DNA from: Bacteroides uniformis
GTDB lineage: Bacteria; Bacillota_I; Bacilli_A; RFN20; CAG-288
Assembly (NCBI GenBank): GCA_963600815.1
Contig: CAVCCX010000007.1
Location: forward strand, 1 to 51,694
Length of the DNA stretch: 51,694 nt
Direction: 5' to 3'
A program made the position numbers and the translations under genes. The notes beneath the pieces were generated by a model, which was not told the origin of the DNA, made no database searches, and saw only the letters and a program-made list of their open reading frames with translations. Below, one piece after another: positions 29,272 to 38,800 of the stretch. Numbering within the stretch: the stretch's first letter is position 1; every line of letters begins with the position of its first letter.

Positions 29272-30102
29272 TTACTTGCCATTGCGTCTTCTGACGATAA
29301 GGCGATTGGTTCTGTTCTTCTTGGAACGGGTCTTGACACCCATGAGTCTTCTACCCCAAGGAGATCTCGGAGCATCATGACCGACAGGGTTCTTACCTTC
29401 ACCACCACCATGTGGATGGTCGTTCGGGTTCATGACAGCACCACGGACGGTTGGACGTTCGCCAAGCCATCTGGTACGGCCGGCCTTACCCTTGGAAACG
29501 AGGTTGTAGTCTTCATTGCCGACAGCGCCGATGGTGGCTCTGCAGGTGAGAAGGAACTTTCTAACTTCGCCAGAGGCAAGTCTCAGCGTGCAGTATTTGT
29601 CTTCCTTACCAAGAATCTGGGCAGAGGTACCGGCAGCGCGGCAGACCTGTCCACCTTTTCCAGGCTGAAGTTCAACGTTATGGACGGTGATACCTTCAGG
29701 GATGCTGGCCAATTCCATGCAGTTTCCGACAGAAATTTCACCGCTCTTTCCATCGGTGACTGTCATTCCGACAGTCAAGCCCTTTGGGCAGATGATGTAT
29801 CTCTTCTTACCATGAGTATCAAGGATAAGAGCGATACGGCAGTTTCTGTTCGGATCGTATTCGATGGCTTTGACAACAGAAGTGGATTCTCCATTTCTCT
29901 TGAAGTCGATGATACGATACATTCTCTTGTTTCCACCACCGATGTGACGGCAGGTGATGTAGCCCTGATTGTTTCTTCCGCCAGTTTTCTTGAGCGGTTT
30001 GATCAAAGATTTTTCAGGAGCTTTCTTTGTGAGATCTCTCGTGGATAATGTGGCGAGATTTCTCATACCCCCGGTCAGAGGGTTATAAGTTTTGATAGCC
30101 AT
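29272..30102 (-). CDS. rplB: 50S ribosomal protein L2
   Basis: 276 aa with GRNNQGYIT and [12 protein letters not shown]. Confidence 0.95.
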   Translation of the reverse strand: MAIKTYNPLTGGMRNLATLSTRDLTKKAPEKSLIKPLKKTGGRNNQGYITCRHIGGGNKRMYRIIDFKRNGESTSVVKAIEYDPNRNCRIALILDTHGKKRYIICPKGLTVGMTVTDGKSGEISVGNCMELASIPEGITVHNVELQPGKGGQVCRAAGTSAQILGKEDKYCTLRLASGEVRKFLLTCRATIGAVGNEDYNLVSKGKAGRTRWLGERPTVRGAVMNPNDHPHGGGEGKNPVGHDAPRSPWGRRLMGVKTRSKKNRTNRLIVRRRNGK

Positions 30103-30127
30103 ATTTTTCTCCTATAATTTTCTTTTC

Positions 30128-30601
30128 TTACTTGGCTTCTTCATTGTTGGCTCTTTCTTCGTTGGCGACCTGGGAAGCAATCTTACCCAAATCGTAAGAA
30201 GAATCGAAGCGGACAATGGCTTTCTTGTATGCTGGCAATTTGCCAGAATAACGGCCGACTCTTCTTGTCTTGGCAAGAGGATTCATGGTGTTGACGCTCT
30301 TGACCTTAGCGTTGAAGATGGCCTGGATGGCTGCCTTGATTTCAAGCTTGGTGGCTTTCTTATCGACGGCGAAGACCATGGCATTGTCAGTGTTCTGAAG
30401 TTTCTGGGTTTCTTCACTGACAATCACGTATTTGATGATACTGAAGTCCTTGATGATGGCAGGACGTGTGACATATTCGACTTTTTCTTCAGCAACTGGA
30501 GTTTCCTCGACAGCCTTCTTGGCCTTCTTGGAAGTCTTCTTTGCCGGTTTTTCAGCGGAAGCTTCGACAGCTTCAGCTTCGAGTTTCTTTTCTTCAGCCA
30601 T
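30128..30601 (-). CDS. rplW: 50S ribosomal protein L23 with about 50 aa N-terminal and about 15 aa C-terminal extensions
   Basis: ATG 30601 follows AAGGAGG. L23 core runs from FSIIKYVIVSEETQKL to KKAIVRF. Confidence 0.85.
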   Translation of the reverse strand: MAEEKKLEAEAVEASAEKPAKKTSKKAKKAVEETPVAEEKVEYVTRPAIIKDFSIIKYVIVSEETQKLQNTDNAMVFAVDKKATKLEIKAAIQAIFNAKVKSVNTMNPLAKTRRVGRYSGKLPAYKKAIVRFDSSYDLGKIASQVANEERANNEEAK

Positions 30602-30603
30602 GA

Positions 30604-31278
30604 TTATGCTTCCTCCTTGCAGCAATCAGCACAATGACATTCTTCACCATCCATGCATGCTGGAATGACGCCCTTGACCATGATGAGTTTCTTGGCATTG
30701 AGGATGTCATAGACAGAAAGGTTGTCTCCAGAGACAAGCTTAATGGACGGAACGTTGGCAGCAGCCTGGATGAGGTTTTCATCATAGGAAGCGACAACGA
30801 GAAGATTCTTCTTTTCATCTCCGCCGATGGCCTTGAGAGCCTTGACGAAGTCTTTGGTCTTGCCAGAAGCGAATGCTTCATCGGTCAAGACGATGAGGTT
30901 CTTGGAATTGACCTTGTCAGACAAAGCGGAAGTGAAAGCAATGTAATGCTCCTTCTTGTTCATCTTGAGGGTGTGGTTCTGCTGTCCGTTTGGAGCGAAG
31001 ACGACACCGCCGTGTCTCCAGACTGGAGAGTTGGTGGTACCGGCTCTGGCGCGGCCAGTGCCTTTCTGTCTGAAAGGCTTGCGGTTGGAACCATGAACGA
31101 TGTCACGGGTCAGGGTGTGAGCAGTGTCGACTCTTCTGTTGGCGAGATCGACTCTGACAGCTCTCTGAACAACAACTTCATTGACGTCTGCAGCGAAGAG
31201 GTCAGCGGGAAGGACGACTTCTCCGACCTTGTTGCCAGTATAATCAACTACTGGCCAATTAAGATTTTCGTTAGCCAT
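30604..31278 (-). CDS. rplD: 50S ribosomal protein L4 with a Cys-rich C-terminal tail
   Basis: 224 aa with RKPFRQKGTGRARAG. C-terminus reads PACMDGEECHCADCCKEEA. Confidence 0.9.
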   Translation of the reverse strand: MANENLNWPVVDYTGNKVGEVVLPADLFAADVNEVVVQRAVRVDLANRRVDTAHTLTRDIVHGSNRKPFRQKGTGRARAGTTNSPVWRHGGVVFAPNGQQNHTLKMNKKEHYIAFTSALSDKVNSKNLIVLTDEAFASGKTKDFVKALKAIGGDEKKNLLVVASYDENLIQAAANVPSIKLVSGDNLSVYDILNAKKLIMVKGVIPACMDGEECHCADCCKEEA

Positions 31279-31298
31279 TTTTCTTTTCTCCTTCTCGA

Positions 31299-32078
31299 TT
31301 AGGATCTCTTGGAGGTCTTCATTGGGTTGACCTTCTTGCCAGCATTGGCGCTTGCGGCCTTAGCCAAAGCTTCCTGCTGTTTCTTTTCGATATCAGCGAT
31401 GGTCATCGTGGTGTAGTCGACGATCGGGCTGACAGCGAACGGTTTCTTATGTTCGACGGTGGAACGAATCTTCATGATGGAATATTTCGGACCAGCGACA
31501 GAGCCACGGATGAGGATGCAATTCTTGGAAGCGTCGATGCCGACGATGGCAAGATTGAGGACGGTTCTGGTCTGCGGTCTCCACTGACCGGACATCTTCT
31601 TGCCGGCATGGACACGGTTGTTGCAACGTCCATTGGTGGCCAAAGAACCAATTTGTCTGTGATAGCCGGAACCATGTCCCTTCGGACCGATGATGCCGTG
31701 ATATCTCTTGATGGTACCAGTGTATCCATGGCCTTTGCTCTTGGCCGTGACATCGACCATGTCACCGACCTGGAAGATAGAGCAGTCAAGGCTGCTGCCA
31801 ACTTCGAATTTTCCATAAATTTCATCGCCTTCCAATTCGCGGATGAAATACTTCGGAGCTGTGTTGGCTTTCTTGCAAATACCCTTCAAAGGCTTGTTTG
31901 CACGATTTTCTTTTTTGTCTTCATAACCAATCTGAAGAGCTTCATATCCGTCTTTCTCTTTGGTCTTGACCTGGAGAACAACGTTTGGAAGGACTTCGAC
32001 GACGGTGACCGGATAAGTGGAACCGTCTTCAGCGAAGACAGATGTCATTCCGATCTTTCTTCCGATGATAGATTTCAT
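31299..32078 (-). CDS. rplC: 50S ribosomal protein L3 with about 45 aa C-terminal extension
   Basis: 259 aa starting MKSIIGRKIGMTSVF, with GHGYTGTIKR. Confidence 0.95.
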   Translation of the reverse strand: MKSIIGRKIGMTSVFAEDGSTYPVTVVEVLPNVVLQVKTKEKDGYEALQIGYEDKKENRANKPLKGICKKANTAPKYFIRELEGDEIYGKFEVGSSLDCSIFQVGDMVDVTAKSKGHGYTGTIKRYHGIIGPKGHGSGYHRQIGSLATNGRCNNRVHAGKKMSGQWRPQTRTVLNLAIVGIDASKNCILIRGSVAGPKYSIMKIRSTVEHKKPFAVSPIVDYTTMTIADIEKKQQEALAKAASANAGKKVNPMKTSKRS

Positions 32079-32095
32079 AAAACTGTCTATCCTCC

Positions 32096-32407
32096 TTACA
32101 ACTTGATTTCAACATCGACGCCAGCAGGCAAATCGAGATTCTTGAGAATGTCGATGGTCTGTTTGGTTGGATGGTTGATGTCAATCAATCTCTTGTGCGT
32201 TCTGATTTCAAACTGTTCGCGAGAATCCTTGTCGACGAACGGAGAACGTAAGATGGTGAAGATCTGTTTTTCAGTAGGAAGCGGAATTGGTCCAACTACT
32301 GTAGCGCCGGTCTTCTTTGCGGCTTCGACGATCTTGCTGACCGCCTGGTCAAGGACCTTGTGATCATAGCCCTTGAGACGAACACGAATTGATTTGTTTT
32401 CTGCCAT
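32096..32407 (-). CDS. rpsJ: 30S ribosomal protein S10
   Basis: 103 aa with [14 protein letters not shown] and HKRLIDI. Confidence 0.95.
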   Translation of the reverse strand: MAENKSIRVRLKGYDHKVLDQAVSKIVEAAKKTGATVVGPIPLPTEKQIFTILRSPFVDKDSREQFEIRTHKRLIDINHPTKQTIDILKNLDLPAGVDVEIKL

Positions 32408-32537
32408 TGTGTTTCCTCCTTTACCCGAGATCTATGTTCGGGCATCCGTTCGGTATGAATTACCGGAGACGCGTTGACAACCTTGAACGGCGTTTCCGCA
32501 ACTTCACACGTCAATACGGGCTGAAATGGCATTCAGC
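32408..32537 (-). promoter_or_regulatory. structured GC-rich 5' leader of the S10 operon
   Basis: About 130 nt between the promoter and AAGGAGG. Several local helices on the minus strand: GCTGAA/TTCAGC, GCG-GAAA-CGC, and CCCGA/TCGGG directly 5' of the SD. Confidence 0.4.
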
Positions 32538-32544
32538 GGGTAAT

Positions 32545-32573
32545 AGTCTACTCTTCCTTCCATACATTGTCAA
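32545..32573 (-). promoter_or_regulatory. S10-operon promoter
   Basis: Minus strand reads TTGACA (32573..32568), 17-nt spacer, TAGACT (32550..32545). An A/T-rich UP-like tract (AAAAAAGTGTAATTTTTTG) lies upstream. Confidence 0.55.
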
Positions 32574-32810
32574 CAAAAAATTACACTTTTTTCAGTCTTT
32601 TTGAAAACAGCATATATATAAGATATTATAAGCCTGTTTTCATTACAACTTCTGACGGCGTGTCCGCACTCTCTTTTCCTTTTCCATCCCGATCCTTTTC
32701 CTGTTTTTGGAAAGCGGCAGCGAATTTCGAAAATAGGAAAAAACTTCCTTTGAGGCTTTTGCAACCATTTTCTTCTTTTTTCTTTTTTTGGTTTTCGATA
32801 CAATAAAGCC

Positions 32811-33923
32811 ATGAAAATCACACTGAACAAACAAGATAAAAAGAAATTTGACGAAATGCTGAATGTCGGATATGACAACATCTCCACAAGCGAGATGACC
32901 AATTCGTTCCTCAACGAGAATTATGATGCCTTATCCAAAGAAGCCATCGATATGCTCAAGAATGAATATGGATACGAAGACGAGGATGCCATGGAGGAGG
33001 CCTTCTATCGTTTCCTAGGGTTGGAAAGTCAAGATCCCGAAGTCATGAAATTGAGGGAATGCAACAACTTCGGTCATCTATTGCATCTCAAGGAAGATGA
33101 ATTCCTTCACCACCCCTTCAACCAGATTCCGATCAAGGAAGCTGTGCTCGGTCCCTATCAGCTGAAATACAACGCCTTCCTTCCGTATGAGATCTTCAAC
33201 GAAGATGACACGATAGGAAATGAAGAGAACAATTTTGCGGAAACCACATATTTAGGCTATTTCACAAAGAAGGTTCCCTATCTCATGCTCACACAGAAAA
33301 ATGAAATCTGGATGAGCGTCACGCCTCATGAGATCAAGACCATGAAGAAGGAAATCGCTTCTGCCAAAGGAAGAGTCCTCACCTTCGGTCTTGGCTTAGG
33401 CTATTATGCTTTTGAGGTCTCCAATAAGGAAGAAGTCGAGAGTGTCACCATCATCGAAAAAGACAGTCAGGTGATTTCTCTTTTCGAAAAGAACATTCTT
33501 CCTTCCTTCAAGCACAAAGAAAAAATCAAGATCATCAAGCAGGATGCCTTCTGCTATTTCAAGAACCAGTTGAAGAATGACATGTACGACACCATCTTCG
33601 TCGACATCTATCATACGGCTGAGGATGCCCTTCCTTTATATATCCGGTTCAAGCAATCGGAGAGGAAATACAAAATCGGCAAGGTGCATTATTGGATCGA
33701 AGAATCCATTCTTTGCTATATCCGAAGATATTTCCTTGTTCTCTTTGAGGAATGCCTAAATGGCTATACAAGCGAGGACTACAAGCCCGGAGAAGATGAT
33801 GAATCCAAGGTTCTTTCCCTATTCTATTCCAATATGAAAGACATGGAATTCACCTCCTTCGAGGAAATCAAAAACTTCATGAAAGATGAAAATATCAAGA
33901 AATTTGTTTATCAGTTAAAATAG
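32811..33923 (+). CDS. class I SAM-dependent methyltransferase / spermidine-synthase-like fold protein with an uncharacterised N-terminal domain
   Basis: 370 aa. Motif I-like GRVLTFGLGLGYYAFEV, then VTIIEKD, IIKQDAF and YDTIFVDIY. No SD before the ATG. Confidence 0.55.
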   Translation: MKITLNKQDKKKFDEMLNVGYDNISTSEMTNSFLNENYDALSKEAIDMLKNEYGYEDEDAMEEAFYRFLGLESQDPEVMKLRECNNFGHLLHLKEDEFLHHPFNQIPIKEAVLGPYQLKYNAFLPYEIFNEDDTIGNEENNFAETTYLGYFTKKVPYLMLTQKNEIWMSVTPHEIKTMKKEIASAKGRVLTFGLGLGYYAFEVSNKEEVESVTIIEKDSQVISLFEKNILPSFKHKEKIKIIKQDAFCYFKNQLKNDMYDTIFVDIYHTAEDALPLYIRFKQSERKYKIGKVHYWIEESILCYIRRYFLVLFEECLNGYTSEDYKPGEDDESKVLSLFYSNMKDMEFTSFEEIKNFMKDENIKKFVYQLK

Positions 33924-33930
33924 TTTTTGA

Positions 33931-33959
33931 TTGATTTTCTTTCCTTCAGCAAATATAAT
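33931..33959 (+). promoter_or_regulatory. near-consensus promoter of the lipoprotein/c-di-GMP operon
   Basis: TTGATT (33931..33936), 17-nt spacer, TATAAT (33954..33959), 27 nt before ATG 33987. Confidence 0.6.
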
Positions 33960-33986
33960 GCGTAAGAAAGATATGGTAGATAATTT

Positions 33987-35792
33987 ATGAAAAGAAAAAA
34001 TCCTATTTCATTTTTCCTTTTTTCCTCCCTTTTTATTCTCTGTGGCTGCGATACAAGTGGCGGTTCACAGACAGCTTCAGGCCTAAGCAACGAACTTTCG
34101 ATTGTCTTGAGCACGGATGTATTAGACAACTCATATAAATTTATAAAGAATTTCGCTGACTGCAACAAGAACTACAAGCTGAATGTGACAGTTTTGTCTT
34201 CAAATGAACTCTCCTATCAGCTTCGTCACGACCTTCTGGACTATGATTTGATCATCTCGAACAGCTGCAGCGACCTGAATGCGTCGAAAGATCATCTCTA
34301 TGATTTTTCCAATACGGAAACCTTGGCAAAATACAGCGGTTATATCCAGAGCTTCCTTTCCGCATCCGATGGCGGAATCTATTCTCTTCCCTCTCCTGGA
34401 CTTGTCTATAGCTATTGCGTCAATCTCGATTTGCTCAATGAGTACAACCTCACCTGTCCAAAGAACCAGAATGAACTTCTCGATTTCGCTGAGAAGGCCA
34501 AGGAATATGCAACACCCTATGTCTCCGCATTTGCGGATAGCGAAGCCTACCTGAATAATTTCATGCAGGAAAGCGTTGCCCCCTTCCTCTCGACCACGAC
34601 CGGAAATGACTTCTTCGAGAAATACCAGTCTGGTACAGAAAAGATGTTCAACAGCGAAAACCTCTTCAGCTTCGTCAGCACAGCAGAAAATTTTTATTCT
34701 TTGTATTCTTCCGGTTTCTTCAGTGCGGAAAGAAATAATGCAGAGGATATCGATAAATTCTTCAATGGCGAAGCCTTTCTGATGGCGGTCGATCCCAGCC
34801 AGGATTTCGAGACTCTCTACAAGGAGCATTCCGCTTCCTTCGATTATGAATTCATTCCTTTCTTGGGGTCGAGCGACTGGTCGAGCTGTGTCTGCACAAC
34901 CTCGGAATTCTATCTCTCCATCTTCAAGAATCACTATACCAAGGAAAAGGAAAAAATCATCAACGCCTTCATCGATTCCTATTCCTCTACCCAGGGCCAG
35001 AGTCTTCTTCTGGACAAACAGTCCAGCTGCAGTTATCTGAAAGCCAGCAGCAATGACTATGGGGAGAAAGGAAAGAAAATCCAGAACTGCTTCACAAGCG
35101 GAAAAGTCTATCTGACGGACGCTTTCGAATCCGCTTTTTCCTATTCCGTCTCTTCTTTGAGGGACTATGCCACAGGCAATCTTTCCACATCCGCCCTGAT
35201 CGATGATTTTGATACGAATATGGAATCCGCCCTGGAATACAAAAGCCATCGTTTCGAGCTTTCCTTCATCGATGAAAAAGGGCATTATGATGAAGGTTAT
35301 ACACTCAGAAAATTAGCCGATATTCTCAAAAAGAAGACCAATTCGGAAATCCTTGTCCTCAATTCCTCCTTTTTGAAGATGCCTATCCTCGATACCTATC
35401 TTTTCGAGGATGAATTATCCTCGGCCTTTGATTCTTCCTTCTCCCTGGTTCCTGTCACCTTCTATGGAAAAGATGTGAAAACCATCATCGATTTCATCCA
35501 GGAAACACAAAAAGCGGAAGAAACGAAGTCCATTGCTCAATATCCATCAAGTGAAAATCTCATCATCCAGAAAAAGACGATGGATGATGCTTCCGTTTTC
35601 GAACTCTATGGCGCATATAAGAAAGATGAAAAATATTATCTTTCCAACAATCAGGAACTCAAGGACGATGAAATCTATTCCGGATTGATTCCCAATGTCT
35701 TCATCCGTTCCGGGGATGTCGAACCCATCAAGAAGGGAAATCCCATCCTCTGCTATGACGTGCTGAAAGAATATTTCTCTGAAAACAGGTGA
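33987..35792 (+). CDS. lipoprotein with a solute-binding-protein-like N-terminal half
   Basis: 601 aa. Signal peptide plus lipobox (FLFSSLFILCGC). The N-terminal 350 aa resemble the extracellular solute-binding fold by eye only. The C-terminal 220 aa are unassigned. Confidence 0.55.
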   Translation: MKRKNPISFFLFSSLFILCGCDTSGGSQTASGLSNELSIVLSTDVLDNSYKFIKNFADCNKNYKLNVTVLSSNELSYQLRHDLLDYDLIISNSCSDLNASKDHLYDFSNTETLAKYSGYIQSFLSASDGGIYSLPSPGLVYSYCVNLDLLNEYNLTCPKNQNELLDFAEKAKEYATPYVSAFADSEAYLNNFMQESVAPFLSTTTGNDFFEKYQSGTEKMFNSENLFSFVSTAENFYSLYSSGFFSAERNNAEDIDKFFNGEAFLMAVDPSQDFETLYKEHSASFDYEFIPFLGSSDWSSCVCTTSEFYLSIFKNHYTKEKEKIINAFIDSYSSTQGQSLLLDKQSSCSYLKASSNDYGEKGKKIQNCFTSGKVYLTDAFESAFSYSVSSLRDYATGNLSTSALIDDFDTNMESALEYKSHRFELSFIDEKGHYDEGYTLRKLADILKKKTNSEILVLNSSFLKMPILDTYLFEDELSSAFDSSFSLVPVTFYGKDVKTIIDFIQETQKAEETKSIAQYPSSENLIIQKKTMDDASVFELYGAYKKDEKYYLSNNQELKDDEIYSGLIPNVFIRSGDVEPIKKGNPILCYDVLKEYFSENR

Positions 35793-35803
35793 AAGGAGTC
35801 CTT

Positions 35804-38800
35804 ATGAAAAAATCAATTGTCAGTCTCTGCAGTCTCCTTCTTTTTTGTTCCCCACTTCTGAACGCCTGTTCGAAGAATGAGACGAGTGCATCTTCCTACT
35901 CATCCACGGAGGACAGCACTTCTTCGAGTGAAGAAAAAATCAGTTTGGAGAATCCCTTCAAATCCGTCTATGGCCTTGGTGAAGTCATCGACTTTTCCAC
36001 CATCGAAATCAAGGTGAAGAAGGGAAATGAAGTCGAATATGTAAACGGCCTGGACAATCGTGTCACCATCACAGGCGGCGATACTTCCACCATCGGACAG
36101 AAGACGATTTCCATCGTCTTCCAGGGTGAAACCTTCTCCTTTGGCTATGAAGTCAAGGAATACCATGTCACATTGAATTTCAATGGCGGACAGTATCAGG
36201 AAAAAGAAAGTCTTGTCCTTCCCTGCAAGAAGAACAGGGTCGACTTGAGTTCCATCAAGCCAGAAAAAGCCGATGAGGAAGGAAATGCCCTGATCTTCTC
36301 TGGCTGGTTTTATGATGAAGAACTCACCAAGAGAGTCTCATCCCTCATCGAAAGCGAATTCTATACCGAAAATGATGTCACCCTCTATGCCGGATTCGAT
36401 GCCGACTATACGGAGCAATTCATCTATCGGATCGATAAGGAAAACCAATCGGCCACCATTCTCACTGTCAATTTCGACAACATTTTCATGCTCACCATGG
36501 AAAGCGAGCTTCATATCCCCTCCACCATCGAGAATTACCCGGTGAAGGAGATTGCATCGAGCGTTTTCTATGATACAGCCACCGACACGGATTACGCATC
36601 CTGGATGATGATCTCAGAGATTGTCTTCGACGAAGATAGCCAACTTGAAATCATCGGTGAGAACGCCTTCAACCAGATGTCGAGTCTTAGCCAAATCAAG
36701 TTTCCGAAAACCCTGAAGAAAATCGGAAAATATGCCTTCTCCGCCACAGGCTTAGGCCCAACTTTGGAACTTCCAAGTTCACTTGAGGAAATCGGCGAAA
36801 TGGCTTTTTCCTATATTTCCAATCTCGAGAAAGTCACTTTCCCGGAGAATAGTCACCTCAAGCTCATCGATAAGGAAGCCTTCTCGGGCGACTTCTATCT
36901 GACGGACTTTTCCTTCCCGGATTCCCTTGAAGAAATCAGAGAAGGCGCTTTCTCTTCCTGCAACGACATGAGTGAAATCCATCTTCCGAAGAATCTCAAG
37001 GTCATCGGACCCTATGCCTTCAAGAACATGCGATCTTTGAAGAAAATCGAAGTCGATGAAGGAAACAATCATTTCGTCTCCGTGGATGGAAATCTCTACA
37101 ACAAGGCCAAGACCAAGCTTCTGAAATTTTGCACGGGAAGCCAATTGACCGAGTTCACCCTGCCGAGCACTGTCCGCATCATCGGTGATTCCGCCTTCAA
37201 CAGTTTCGGAAATGTCAGCGCACTGAAAAAAGTGATTGTCCCTGAAGGTCTCACCTATATCGGAAAGGAAGCATTCTATGACTGCGGTTTCGATTTGGAA
37301 CTTCCATCAACGCTCTCAAGTTTCTCTTTGGAAGCCTTCAATGGCTACAGCGGGAAAAATGTCACTCTCTCAAAGAACAATACGAAATACACTCTCGATC
37401 AGGGAATTCTTTATTCCATCAATCATCAGACGCTCTATAAATGTCTGAACAGTCTTCGCGCTACTCAGCTCGTCCTTGATGACAGAGTGAAGACGATTTC
37501 ACGGAATGCCTTCTTGGGCTGCTCAAAGATCGAATCCCTCCGCATTTCCTCCTCTTCGAGTCTCGTGAGCATCCAGAAGGACGGCATTCCGCTTTCCAGC
37601 ATGAATGAACTCAAATACATCCAGATCGATCTGTCGAATCCGATTCTCATGAACTACAAATCCTTCGGCATGGAGCTCTCTTCCTTCAATGCAAGCTACC
37701 ATATTCTCTTTGGCAACGATACCGTCAAGGACGCGCTTCTTTCCACGATGAACAACGAGGAAAAAGAAAATTTCGAAAGTTTCATCCAGGAAAAAAGCAC
37801 AATCAAAGACACCGTCAAAGAAGAAATTGCAGGCGCCATCGGACTGACCTATCAGGAAAATATCTCCGGCAGTCACGCCACGCTTTTTGAAATCATCCGT
37901 CCGGATGGTCTTGCTGTCAATAATATCAATTCCCTTCTTTCCTATCTCTATCAGACGATGGATTACACCACCGAGGAATTTGCCTACTACACCGAATATG
38001 AAAAAATCATCTATGCATCCCTGGCTCTTGGACTGAAACAAGAGGAATACGGGTTCAATTATGATCTCGCCCAAAAATATATCGACCGCTATCAGAACCT
38101 TCCGAGCAGCATCAAGAAAGCCGCCGAAGGAAGCTACACCATCATTCTCTCTCTTCTCAAAGGCATCAACAAGAGCGATGAACTCAATAGCCTCTACTCA
38201 GAGATTCTTTCGATGCCGGTGGATGAAGACACGTTCGATGTCGAGAAATATCTGCAAATCGAGAAGAAAGCCGAGGAATACAATCTCGATAGCATCTCTG
38301 TCCCCGATGCCGTCTATGAGAAATATATCTTCCTGAAGATCTCCTATCAGATCAGCGTCGTCACAAAGATTCCCCTGGATGAAATCAGCTATTCGAACAT
38401 GAATCAGCTCAACTATTATCTCTTCCCCTGTCAGGAGAACAACTACTATACCCTTCCCACGATGATTGCAGCCTACTGCTCGACGGATTACAGAAAGAAG
38501 CAGATCTATCACTACAATGAATTCCAAACCTACTATGAGAATTTCCTCACTGTCTATGAAAACGAAAGAGAAAAACTGAAGCAGGAAATGCTCGACTTCG
38601 ATATCACCACCTATGACAAGACAAGATATGCATCCTTCTTCGAAGAGAAGGTCATGCTTCTGGAGACCTATTATGCGACCCTCGAAGATGAGGAACCGAC
38701 GATTTTGGATAAAGTTCTCACCATCTGCATCAATCTGAATATCCAGTCCTTGATCGACACACTCTCTATGGACGGAAGCGATGAGATTTCCCTGAACGAG

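Noticed and set aside
32570-32914. The 114-aa minus-strand ORF, and the 79-aa plus-strand ORF at 32567..32806, in the S10/methyltransferase intergenic region.
   Set aside because: They have no SD. The sequence is low-complexity and derived from a pyrimidine tract. They overlap the S10 promoter and the start of the 32811 gene.
33924-33986. Possible c-di-GMP riboswitch ahead of the lipoprotein operon.
   Set aside because: The gap is only 63 nt and is largely occupied by the promoter hexamers. It is too short for a GEMM-type aptamer.
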